DNA of 64,000 bases, from contig CAVWCX010000020.1 in assembly GCA_963753595.1 (NCBI GenBank), forward strand, positions 1 through 64,000, in the 5' to 3' direction. A model generated the notes under the pieces. The model searched no databases. It was not told the DNA's origin and worked only from the letters and a program-made list of their open reading frames with translations. The stretch comes from Candidatus Methanoperedenaceae archaeon. Lineage in GTDB: Archaea > Halobacteriota > Methanosarcinia > Methanosarcinales > Methanoperedenaceae. Every line of letters begins with the position of its first letter. Positions within the stretch are counted from its first letter, which is position 1. The position numbers and the translations under genes are program-made. This document shows, piece after piece, positions 39,532-48,283 of the stretch.

Positions 39532-40298
39532 GGAAGTTCCTGTCAGCCATACGAAGTGGTTTTGGTTTCCTTTCAACGATACCTGTGGGAATAACCATGG
39601 AGGGGATCGAAAATCTCATGAAGCATATATACCTGTTCCCGGTAGTAGGCTCTATTATTGGTATTATTTTTGCATTAATTGTGGTCGCGTTGACAACATT
39701 TACGATATTGCCTCCAATAATGGTCTCACTATTTGTCATTATAGCGATCTATTATTTCACAGGATTCAATCATATTGACGGGCTTGCTGATTTTGGCGAT
39801 GGCCTGGCAGCGCATGGGACAAAAGAGAAAAAGATCGCTGCCATGCGTGACACCGCTATTGGTACGGGCGGCATTGTTTTTTGTATGATAGCGCTACTTG
39901 GCGTTTTCGTATCTCTTGTTTCAATCCAGGAATTAAATATTTTCCTCCTTCTTCCTTATGCATTGATAGTGGCGGAAACAAGCGCCAAACAATCCATGGT
40001 CACGGTAGCGGCTTTTGGGACGCGGCTTCATGCGGGTTTCGGGGCAATAACCGTTGATAATACGAAGCTGTCAGACTTAATTATCGGGACTGTTTTTTCG
40101 GCAGCAGTTTGTTTTTTTGTTCTTGGTGTCATCGGTATCGGAGCATTCATAATATCGCAATTGTCAGGGCTTCTTGTTCTTAATACTGCAAACCGCCATT
40201 TTGGGGGTGTGAGCGGGGATGTCGTGGGCGCGGCAAATGAGATCGGGCGACTCGCAGCCTTGCTTTATATCGGAGGTGCCGGATGGATGCTGTTGTAA
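39528..40298 (+). CDS. cobS: Adenosylcobinamide-GDP ribazoletransferase
   Basis: FLSTIP, TGFNHIDGLADFGDG, MRD..IGTGG, FGGVSGDVVGA. Confidence 0.95.
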   Translation: MRKFLSAIRSGFGFLSTIPVGITMEGIENLMKHIYLFPVVGSIIGIIFALIVVALTTFTILPPIMVSLFVIIAIYYFTGFNHIDGLADFGDGLAAHGTKEKKIAAMRDTAIGTGGIVFCMIALLGVFVSLVSIQELNIFLLLPYALIVAETSAKQSMVTVAAFGTRLHAGFGAITVDNTKLSDLIIGTVFSAAVCFFVLGVIGIGAFIISQLSGLLVLNTANRHFGGVSGDVVGAANEIGRLAALLYIGGAGWMLL

Positions 40299-40900
40299 TG
40301 GCTGGCGGTAAAGGAGTGCGTCTTGGTAAGGATGAAAAACCACTCACACTCCTGTGCGGGAAACCGCTGATACAATATGTTCTCGAAGCGCTTCTTGGTT
40401 CAAAGAACATCGAACGCATAATTGTGGCCACATCACCAAGAGTGAAAAGAACTAATGAGTGGCTTGATGATTTTAAGAAAGACCATCATGAAATTGAAAT
40501 TATTCATACGCAAGGTTCAGGTTTTGTTCATGACATGATAGGCGCGGTGGAAGAAGCAGGTATCAGGGGACGTGTACTCATTATGATGGCTGACCTTCCT
40601 CTTGTCACCAGCGGACTTATAGACAGGATAATCGAAAAATATTTTGAAGTGAACACACCTGCGCTTTCAGTTCACATGAAACTTGAGGTATTCACAAGGC
40701 TTGGTTTAAGGCCGGATACTGTTTTTCATAAGAATAGCGATTTCATTGTCCCATGCGGGATAAACATACTTGATGCAGAAAATATCCGCAATGAGCAGGA
40801 GGATTATAATCTTATCCTGGATGAGGAGGAGCTGGCGCTTAATGTTAATGCGCCGGAAGACCTTGCTGTTTGCGAGAGGCTTTTGGAGGATAGAGGCTGA
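40283..40900 (+). CDS. cobY: Adenosylcobinamide-phosphate guanylyltransferase
   Basis: MAGGKGVRLG..EKP, ADLP, LNVN; last gene of the cob cluster. Confidence 0.85.
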   Translation: MDAVVMAGGKGVRLGKDEKPLTLLCGKPLIQYVLEALLGSKNIERIIVATSPRVKRTNEWLDDFKKDHHEIEIIHTQGSGFVHDMIGAVEEAGIRGRVLIMMADLPLVTSGLIDRIIEKYFEVNTPALSVHMKLEVFTRLGLRPDTVFHKNSDFIVPCGINILDAENIRNEQEDYNLILDEEELALNVNAPEDLAVCERLLEDRG

Positions 40901-40952
40901 AATCCGCCATGGTCAGCGGCTTTTTAACTAATTCTTTATTGCAGCGAAAATC

Positions 40953-41022
40953 AACCACAGAGAACACAGAGTTCACAGAGATTGGCTGTTTATTCTCTGT
41001 GTCCTCTGTGCACTCTGTGGTT
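40953..41022. repeat. 9-nt-periodic palindromic element, CACAGAG type (between convergent genes)
   Basis: AACCACAGAG-AACACAGAG-TTCACAGAG ... TCTCTGTGTC-CTCTGTGCA-CTCTGTGGTT. Confidence 0.88.
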
Positions 41023-41057
41023 TTTACACTATCTTAACAAAATAAAAAGTATTTTTT

Positions 41058-41807
41058 TCAGCCTATGTAACTCAAATCGTCGTCTTTTTTTCTCTTTTCA
41101 TTGATCTCTTTTAAGTGTCTCTTTAAGCTGTCATCAAATTTTTTTACTTCTATCTCGATCTTACTCAGGTCAATATCGATCTCCATAAGCTCGGAAACTT
41201 TTTTTATCCCTGCGTAACATGCTTTTATATCCAGGGCTTCGGGAAATGCTGTCTGGCTGAGGAGTGAGATCCCATTTATTCCATTTCGCAATGCAGATTC
41301 TATTACAACCCCATTAACACCGCTTATCTGAAGCCTGCCATCAGATATTTTTATTCCCTTGCTCTCCAGGAAAGTTATGAGTTCGGGTGTGGTTGCAACT
41401 CCGGATACTTCCGGTTCTTCAACATAATTTTTTATATGTGTGGCAATTACCGTATAAATTATTTCAACACCCATTAGCTTTGCCGCTTCTACGATTTTCT
41501 CAGCAAGCTCGTTATCTGTTGCAGGATGGCCAAATTGCATTTCACCCGAGAATAAGATGATATTTTTTTCCTGTGAATAGTAAAATTTGAATGGGCTAAC
41601 GTCACGGTCCATAGGTATTACAAGACCCTTATCAAAACAGGCAACGGAAGGTGAAAGATAAGGAACATGAATATCCGCGAAAAATTCCGGTTTCAGGCAG
41701 TCCATAATATAGTCAATAGTGTTTTTGGCAACCATTCCCATACCTGGAAGACCCACTAACATGCGGGGTTTATCCATTTCCGGTTTCTTATGAAATCTAA
41801 TTTCCAT
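41058..41807 (-). CDS. PAC2 family proteasome assembly chaperone-like protein
   Basis: GLPGMGMVA, ISGVNG, C-terminal SYIG tail. Confidence 0.85.
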   Translation of the reverse strand: MEIRFHKKPEMDKPRMLVGLPGMGMVAKNTIDYIMDCLKPEFFADIHVPYLSPSVACFDKGLVIPMDRDVSPFKFYYSQEKNIILFSGEMQFGHPATDNELAEKIVEAAKLMGVEIIYTVIATHIKNYVEEPEVSGVATTPELITFLESKGIKISDGRLQISGVNGVVIESALRNGINGISLLSQTAFPEALDIKACYAGIKKVSELMEIDIDLSKIEIEVKKFDDSLKRHLKEINEKRKKDDDLSYIG

Positions 41808-42009
41808 AGTAGTGTTTCCTTAATTACGTCATCGTATTTTAGTATATTGGCAAAATGAGACGATTCTTGTTGGAAATTTGATAATATTAAAATTAATTAA
41901 TCAGTCTGTTTCCGGTCATAAAAGCAACTTCATAATGATAATTGTTTTGAGCATAAAAATATTATAACACCTATATAAGTTATTAAATACATTTTCGTGC
42001 CGTGGTACA

Positions 42010-44001
42010 ATGAAAAATGACGAATTAAAATGTCCGGAAAATGCAACCAGTGAAATGATCAGACACGCACATGTGCTGGGAATAGAAACAATTTTCGATA
42101 GAAATGGAAATTATAGTACAGGAGAATGCAAGAAAGCAAAATGTAATTTTGGCTCAAGAGGAATATGCTGCAAGCAATGTATGCTGGGGCCATGCAGGAT
42201 TTCCGGCCGTTCATTAAAAGGAACATGCGGTGCAAGTGCTGATACTATTGTTGCACGAAATCTTCTCATGATGATAGGAAGAGGTACTGCAGCACATTCG
42301 TCCCATGCCCTGCATGTGGCATCAACATTACTCAAGGCAGTCCGGAACAATACAACATTTCGGATAAAAGAACCGATAAAATTAGAATCGATCGCAAGGA
42401 AAATCAATTGCAACGAAGAGGGGATCAAAGCCATGGGTACAGCTGTCGCGGAACTGGCAATATCCGATATCATGGGCGATCAAGAACACATGAGATTTGC
42501 CAGATCATATTATCCCCCTGATGTTTTCAGGGATCTTTCAAATCTTAGGGTAATGCATGGATCCATAGGAAGGGAATTGCTTGATTCGGGGCATGAAACC
42601 TCTATGGGTACAATGGCCGATCCCACTGAGTTCATACTGCATGCAGCAAGGCTGGGAGTTGCGGATATTTCATCACTTATAATAAGTGCGGAATTACAGG
42701 ATGTGCTTTTTGGCACGCCAAAAATATTCTCTTCAAAGATCGGGTTCAATGTGCTTGAAAAGGATAAAGTGAATGTGGTAATTCATGGTCATGTTCCACT
42801 ACTTTCAGAGAAGATCATTGAATTTTCCGAGGATCCCCGGCTCCTGGAAAAAGCAAGATCTCTTGGTGCGAATGGAATAAATATAGTAGGCTGCTGCTGC
42901 ACAGGGAACGATGCATTGATGAGACATGGAATTCCAGTTGCCGGAAGTAATATTCACCAGGAACTTATAATTGCGACAGGACTCGCTGAAGCCGTAGTCG
43001 TTGATGTCCAGTGTATTTATCCCAATATTGAGAATGTTGCAAAGCATTTTCATACAAAGATCATATCAACTATGAAAGAAGCAAGATTTGAGAGTGCGCA
43101 ACACATACCTTTCGATGACGAAAATGCGGATGATGCTGCAAAAAGTATCCTTATTGCAGCGATCGAGAATTTTCCGAAAAGGGGCAAAATCTTCCTGCCG
43201 GGAGAGAAGCCTCATGACCTTATGGCAGGTTTCTCGGTTGAGAACATTCTTGGTGTTCTTGCTGCAATAAATCCGCAAGACCCGTTCAAACCATTAATAG
43301 AAAGTATAAAATCAGGAGATATAAATGGAATTGTCCTGATGGCAGGCTGCATAAGCCCCGAAATGACCGAGTCCAGCCAGGTGATCATTGCAAAAGAATT
43401 ATTAAAGCAGAACGTACTTGTTTTCACAACAGGATGTGCTGCGCAGGCATGTGCAAGAGGGGACCTTCTTACCCCAGAAGCTACAATGGAATTTGCAGGC
43501 GATAAATTAAAAGGGGTATTGAAATCACTTGGTGATGCAGCAGGTCTGGGAAAGCCGCTTCCTCCCGTATGGCATTTCGGGGGTTGCGTTGACAACTCAA
43601 GGGTCATCATTCTTGCAATTGCACTTGCACAGAAGATGGGCATAAGATTAAAAGATATGCCTATAGCTGCATCAGCTTCCGATTGGGTGGCTGAAAAGGC
43701 CGCTGCAATAGGAACAGGCTCCGTAGCCCTGGGTATTACAGTCCACCTGGGGAGAGCGCCGCCAATTCTTGGAGGACCTGAAGTTGTTACTTTACTGACC
43801 CGGAAATCAGAGGAACTCTTTGGTGCCAGGTTCATTATTGAAGAAGATCCGATAAAAGCATCGAAGCTGCTTCTTTTGCATATCGGGAATGCAAGGGAAA
43901 AATTGGGTCTGTCCAGTGTCAGGGTATCGGATAGATCACCAGGGCAAAACAGCGAGGGATATTTCATCTCCCCTGAACTTGATGAATTCGTCAATCCTTA
44001 A
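42010..44001 (+). CDS. cooS: Anaerobic Ni-Fe carbon monoxide dehydrogenase catalytic subunit
   Basis: CNFG..GICCKQCMLGPC, CGASADTIVARN, HGH, CCTGN, DVQC, AGC, TGC, GCVDNSR, EKA. Confidence 0.93.
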   Translation: MKNDELKCPENATSEMIRHAHVLGIETIFDRNGNYSTGECKKAKCNFGSRGICCKQCMLGPCRISGRSLKGTCGASADTIVARNLLMMIGRGTAAHSSHALHVASTLLKAVRNNTTFRIKEPIKLESIARKINCNEEGIKAMGTAVAELAISDIMGDQEHMRFARSYYPPDVFRDLSNLRVMHGSIGRELLDSGHETSMGTMADPTEFILHAARLGVADISSLIISAELQDVLFGTPKIFSSKIGFNVLEKDKVNVVIHGHVPLLSEKIIEFSEDPRLLEKARSLGANGINIVGCCCTGNDALMRHGIPVAGSNIHQELIIATGLAEAVVVDVQCIYPNIENVAKHFHTKIISTMKEARFESAQHIPFDDENADDAAKSILIAAIENFPKRGKIFLPGEKPHDLMAGFSVENILGVLAAINPQDPFKPLIESIKSGDINGIVLMAGCISPEMTESSQVIIAKELLKQNVLVFTTGCAAQACARGDLLTPEATMEFAGDKLKGVLKSLGDAAGLGKPLPPVWHFGGCVDNSRVIILAIALAQKMGIRLKDMPIAASASDWVAEKAAAIGTGSVALGITVHLGRAPPILGGPEVVTLLTRKSEELFGARFIIEEDPIKASKLLLLHIGNAREKLGLSSVRVSDRSPGQNSEGYFISPELDEFVNP

Positions 44002-44269
44002 ATCAGTTTGCAGACATATAAATAGCGATCTTGGCGATATCACCGCTGTAACTTGCTATTCTTCCAGGGCTATCCAGCATGGTTTTTTGCAGGATAGCGG
44101 ATTGGATATTTTTCTTGCATCAGTATATGCTTTTCATCAGGTAATTTGACAAAGTAAAGTTAAATATATATACTATGAAATTATTTATGATGATACTAAT
44201 CATTATTAGTCACGGATAATGTCTTTAAATTATCCGTCGAAACGCGAACCAAACAAAGGAGGATTAAAA

Positions 44270-44794
44270 ATGAAAGGTGCAATAGTTCAATGTTTAGGAG
44301 ATCTCGTAAAATCAAATTTTGGAAATGATAAATGGGAACAGTCCATGGAAACAGCTGGCATGAGTAAAACTTCCTTTTTCACACCGATTCAGAATGTGGA
44401 TGATGAAAAAGTAATGAAAATCATTGACTCATTATGCAAGGTTGCTAACATTTCGCCTGCACAGGCAGCTGATGCATTTGGTGATTATTGGGTTAATGTC
44501 TATGCTCCCAAGTTATATGGTTCATATTACAAAGGAGCAAATACCTCAAAAGAATTACTTTTGAAGATGGATGGGATCCACGATAGCGTTACGAAAAATA
44601 TTCAGAACGCTCGACCCCCCAGATTTGAGTATGAATGGAAGGATAATAAGACGTTGATCTTAAAATACAAGTCCAATCGTGGATTAATAGATATTCTCAT
44701 GGGACTTGTAAAAGGCGTAGGAAAATATTATAAAGAAGACCTGAAAGTAACGAAACTTTCAAGTGATAGATTGCAGGTAATTTTTCCTAACTGA
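44270..44794 (+). CDS. Heme NO/O2-binding (H-NOX/HNOB) domain protein
   Basis: MKG..FG..W start, FGDYW, proximal His in DGIHDSV, PP.F, YKSNR (YxSxR); GGAGG RBS. Confidence 0.85.
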   Translation: MKGAIVQCLGDLVKSNFGNDKWEQSMETAGMSKTSFFTPIQNVDDEKVMKIIDSLCKVANISPAQAADAFGDYWVNVYAPKLYGSYYKGANTSKELLLKMDGIHDSVTKNIQNARPPRFEYEWKDNKTLILKYKSNRGLIDILMGLVKGVGKYYKEDLKVTKLSSDRLQVIFPN

Positions 44795-44916
44795 GCCAGT
44801 ATTAAAATCTCAATCTTTTCTTTTTTTTATATAAAATCAACATCTTCCCGCGATATTTCAATCTCGTTTACACCAATCGTAAACTATAAATACTATCGTT
44901 CGTATATATCCGAATT

Positions 44917-44974
44917 GTAGTGGGCAGAAAACAAATTTTTTCATATACCACCACCCCCTAACCTGCCCACTTAC
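44917..44974 (+). ncRNA. Candidate small RNA hairpin
   Basis: AGTGGGCAG/CTGCCCACT stem closing a loop with CCACCACCCCC; TATAAATA at 44885-44892. Confidence 0.35.
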
Positions 44975-45034
44975 ATCCTATACAAGATCCTGAGTCGATT
45001 TTTCAATATTATGTCAATTATATCCTGACTTTGA

Positions 45035-45748
45035 TCAATCACTTACAGAATAAGTCACCATCTTCCTGTCCAGTCTCTTATCCGCAGGATCATCTTCCAC
45101 ATCAAAATGCGGGATCCCATATTCATCATTCATTTTCGAAACAATTGTCTCAAAGTCAGAACCAGCCATCAGTTCGCTTATCAACACCACCACAGGTCCG
45201 ATTATCATATAATCGCAAAACCATTTATGTAAAATAAGGTCAACCCCATCGCCTCCGACATAATTCCTGAATACATCCTTATAATACATTTCACTCTTGC
45301 AGCAATCAAGATAATACAACTGGTATGGTTTCCTGTCAGGAAGGTCAAATCCTTCTTTCATGGCATCAGTAAAATAACTCACATCATCGCTCAGGCTCAA
45401 GTGTTTACCATATCCCGCATGCGTTTTCAGGTATATGAGATCTTCATTCGCAAGACTTTCGCGCCATGTCTCCTGCAGGTTCCCGCTGAAATTACGGCCA
45501 AGAAAAAGACGTATTCTTGCCTTTATATTTTTATTATTGTAATTGAATGTTTTTTGATACTCCACAAACCCGCGTTTGCTATCGGTCAACCTGAAGCCGA
45601 TCGATATTAGTCTATGCCTTGCTTCAAGAAAGACCGTGAAATCAAAATTTGCACCCAGGGGGTCAGGTCCGATCAGGAAGGTCGCGTTGAATTTGCCTTC
45701 GCTAAAGAGCAGGTCATATCTTGGGGCAATTCTGGTTATTTTTGCCAT
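45035..45748 (-). CDS. Hypothetical protein
   Basis: 237-aa ORF; THAGYG and LDCCKS resemble a His/Cys caspase-like dyad. Confidence 0.6.
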   Translation of the reverse strand: MAKITRIAPRYDLLFSEGKFNATFLIGPDPLGANFDFTVFLEARHRLISIGFRLTDSKRGFVEYQKTFNYNNKNIKARIRLFLGRNFSGNLQETWRESLANEDLIYLKTHAGYGKHLSLSDDVSYFTDAMKEGFDLPDRKPYQLYYLDCCKSEMYYKDVFRNYVGGDGVDLILHKWFCDYMIIGPVVVLISELMAGSDFETIVSKMNDEYGIPHFDVEDDPADKRLDRKMVTYSVSD

Positions 45749-45889
45749 GGATTATGTTATTATGAAAAAAGAGTGATATTTAACCTTCGTGTCCATAAAA
45801 CATATATGAATGTTCATTGAAGTTCTATATTATGGAAAAATGTAATATTTCCTGGTATTAAAGAGAAGGAACATATCTGGAGGTATATT

Positions 45890-46759
45890 ATGATTTTTTT
45901 TAATAATTTTCAGGAAAAAATTCGAAATATCCTTAAAAAAATCGAACATGGAAATGCAAGTGAATCCAATTTGACATCTCTTTGTGAATTACTTGATAAT
46001 CACCAGAATATAATACCAGAAGCTATAGGGGCGCTCAACGATATATTGGCAAAAGGCAAAATAAAAGCGTTAAATTCAGCAATCTCAGCCTATAACAGAA
46101 TGGCGCAAAATCATATCGGAATAACACATTATCAAGTAGATGTTATCGTAAGCTGCATGAGGGATAGGAGAAATGACTTGCATGAAAACAGTATGTTGAA
46201 CATCCTTGAAATTCTTTCAAAAATAGCCCCAAAATATCCGGAACGGATGAAAATTGCAGTTCCTGAATTAATTATCGCTCTTGAAAGTACTAATACACAA
46301 AGTAGAGATATATCATATTTCATGCTTAGCATCCTTGCAGCCACCCATCATGAGTTTTTCAAAGACCGATCAAAAGAGATCATTAGGGTCCTGAATGGAC
46401 TCAACCTGGATGAGAGAATTTATGCTATCAAGTTAACAAGGCAACTTGCAGAAAAGGAACCGGCAATTGTAGCTGATACATATGATCTGTTAGAAGACCT
46501 GCGCCTTAACCATCCTGACAGTAATTTGCGTTCAGAGGCGGGATTTGCAATGGACAAATTAAAAGAAGCGGTCCAACAGAAAACTTCGCATGCAACACCA
46601 GTGCAGAAAATACAAAAACCAGATCATCTTATTAAAGAAAGAGCAGAAATTTCAGATGATCTTTTTTCCGGATTATCTGAACTCATGGCGCCAGATAAAA
46701 AGGAAATAAGAGCTCTTCTGAAAGGAATGAATCTCAAGCACTTGATTGTTGGTAAATAA
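45890..46759 (+). CDS. HEAT/ARM-repeat-like protein
   Basis: Repeated helical units (VPELIIALES, DSNLRSEAGFAM); GGAGGT RBS. Confidence 0.65.
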   Translation: MIFFNNFQEKIRNILKKIEHGNASESNLTSLCELLDNHQNIIPEAIGALNDILAKGKIKALNSAISAYNRMAQNHIGITHYQVDVIVSCMRDRRNDLHENSMLNILEILSKIAPKYPERMKIAVPELIIALESTNTQSRDISYFMLSILAATHHEFFKDRSKEIIRVLNGLNLDERIYAIKLTRQLAEKEPAIVADTYDLLEDLRLNHPDSNLRSEAGFAMDKLKEAVQQKTSHATPVQKIQKPDHLIKERAEISDDLFSGLSELMAPDKKEIRALLKGMNLKHLIVGK

Positions 46760-46892
46760 TAAAAACAAAGGGGAACTGTAAAAAAGTCTGGTGCTGGAGT
46801 GAAACCTGAAGCAATGGGCTTATCAGTCAATTCCAATGCACAATAACATCAACACCAAAAGATTTTACCACTATAACTTTATATCCTTAATA

Positions 46893-48125
46893 TTAACATA
46901 CCCCGATCTCTCCCATCGCATTCCTGACCCCAAGCGCCACACCCTCGACTTCGATCCCGCCTTTTCCTTTGGCGCCGTCACCTACAATATACAGATTCTT
47001 AACAGGGGTCTGATTTCCGTTATCACTTCCTGATGATGCTCTGTTAACAGGCCAGCCGTTGGAATATGATTGGATCAAAATTACTTCATAATTCTTGCCA
47101 GGGAAAAGCTGTTTGAGATCAAGGAGCCCAAGATTTATTTCCTCCTTAAGGTCATCTGAAATCATTGCCTGGTGCGACATCACAAGATGTTTTCCCGGCG
47201 GCGCAAGGGACGGATCTGCATTTGTAACTTCATTGATGCCATTTATCCTCTTTGCAAAAGGTGTAAAAAACACGCCGCTATGACCGATCAACGGTTCATC
47301 CGAAGAAAGACATATTTTGATTCCTTTTGAAGGTTTGACATTTGAGATCTTATCAAGGTATTCCAAATCCTTGCACTCGTACAGGCAATTTGTTTCAAAA
47401 TGTCCTATGTCACTGATCACAATGTCTGCTTCAATTGTTTTTCCATTAACGATGACTCCCTTTGCTGAATCATTTTCGATAATGATCCCTTCGACACTGG
47501 ATTGTGTATGTATCCTTCCGCCATTTGATCTTATTACACTGGAAAGTGCGTCTGTGACTGCGCCGCACCCACCGATCGGGATCCCTGAGCCTTTGTAGAG
47601 ATACATATTATCTATTATTTCAAGCATCTCCCGCGCCGGTACATCTTTTGCCGTAAGGCTCAATGCCCAGCCGCAAAAAGAATCCGCAAGTTTAAACAGG
47701 AATTCATCATCAAAATATTTCAATACCCAGTCCCTGAATGAGATATCGCTTTTTGGCTTGAATTTCAGGGAATAAGCAAGAACAGTCCCGAGTTTCACCT
47801 GTTTTGTAAGTGTAAGTTCATTCCGGAAATCATGAAATGATATTATTTCACCGTTCTCTTTTCGTATCACTGCCATCGGGTGAGAGTCAACTATGGTCAC
47901 ATCCGCATCCACTTCTTTTAATATCTGTGCCAGAGGCCCACGCGAGCCGTGCGGTATCATGTGAAGTGCGCCTGTGCTGAGTTTGAAGCCTTTATACGAA
48001 ATATTGGTGAACCGGCCTCCGATGAATGGGAGGCGCTCGAAGATCTCAACATCGTGTCCTGCTTTTGTGAGTTTTGCTCCGGCAAGCAATCCGCCAAGAC
48101 CCGCGCCAATAACTACTGCCTTCAT
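46893..48125 (-). CDS. Phytoene desaturase-like FAD oxidoreductase
   Basis: VIGAGLGGL, ER..IGGR, STGALH, LYIVGDG; ATGA overlap with the upstream ferredoxin. Confidence 0.85.
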   Translation of the reverse strand: MKAVVIGAGLGGLLAGAKLTKAGHDVEIFERLPFIGGRFTNISYKGFKLSTGALHMIPHGSRGPLAQILKEVDADVTIVDSHPMAVIRKENGEIISFHDFRNELTLTKQVKLGTVLAYSLKFKPKSDISFRDWVLKYFDDEFLFKLADSFCGWALSLTAKDVPAREMLEIIDNMYLYKGSGIPIGGCGAVTDALSSVIRSNGGRIHTQSSVEGIIIENDSAKGVIVNGKTIEADIVISDIGHFETNCLYECKDLEYLDKISNVKPSKGIKICLSSDEPLIGHSGVFFTPFAKRINGINEVTNADPSLAPPGKHLVMSHQAMISDDLKEEINLGLLDLKQLFPGKNYEVILIQSYSNGWPVNRASSGSDNGNQTPVKNLYIVGDGAKGKGGIEVEGVALGVRNAMGEIGVC

Positions 48126-48283
48126 TGCGCCTCCGAAATTGCACATACAGGGCAATACTTAACGCATGTGCCGCATTCTGTGCAGTTTTCATTCATGGAA
48201 GCATTGCCAAATACAATAATTGCATCGAATGGACAATATGCAGCGCACTGGCCGCATCCCACACAATCCTTGCTTACCTTCAT
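48122..48283 (-). CDS. 2x[4Fe-4S] ferredoxin (53 aa; absent from the ORF track)
   Basis: MKVSKDCVGCGQCAAYCPFDAI..NCTECGTCVKYCPVCAISEAQ; ATGA overlaps on both sides. Confidence 0.92.
   Translation of the reverse strand: MKVSKDCVGCGQCAAYCPFDAIIVFGNASMNENCTECGTCVKYCPVCAISEAQ

Noticed and set aside
43212-43994. Long antisense ORFs (260 aa here; also 8550-9137, 22433-23032, 32961-33509)
   Set aside because: They mirror well-supported genes on the opposite strand and carry no recognisable motifs.
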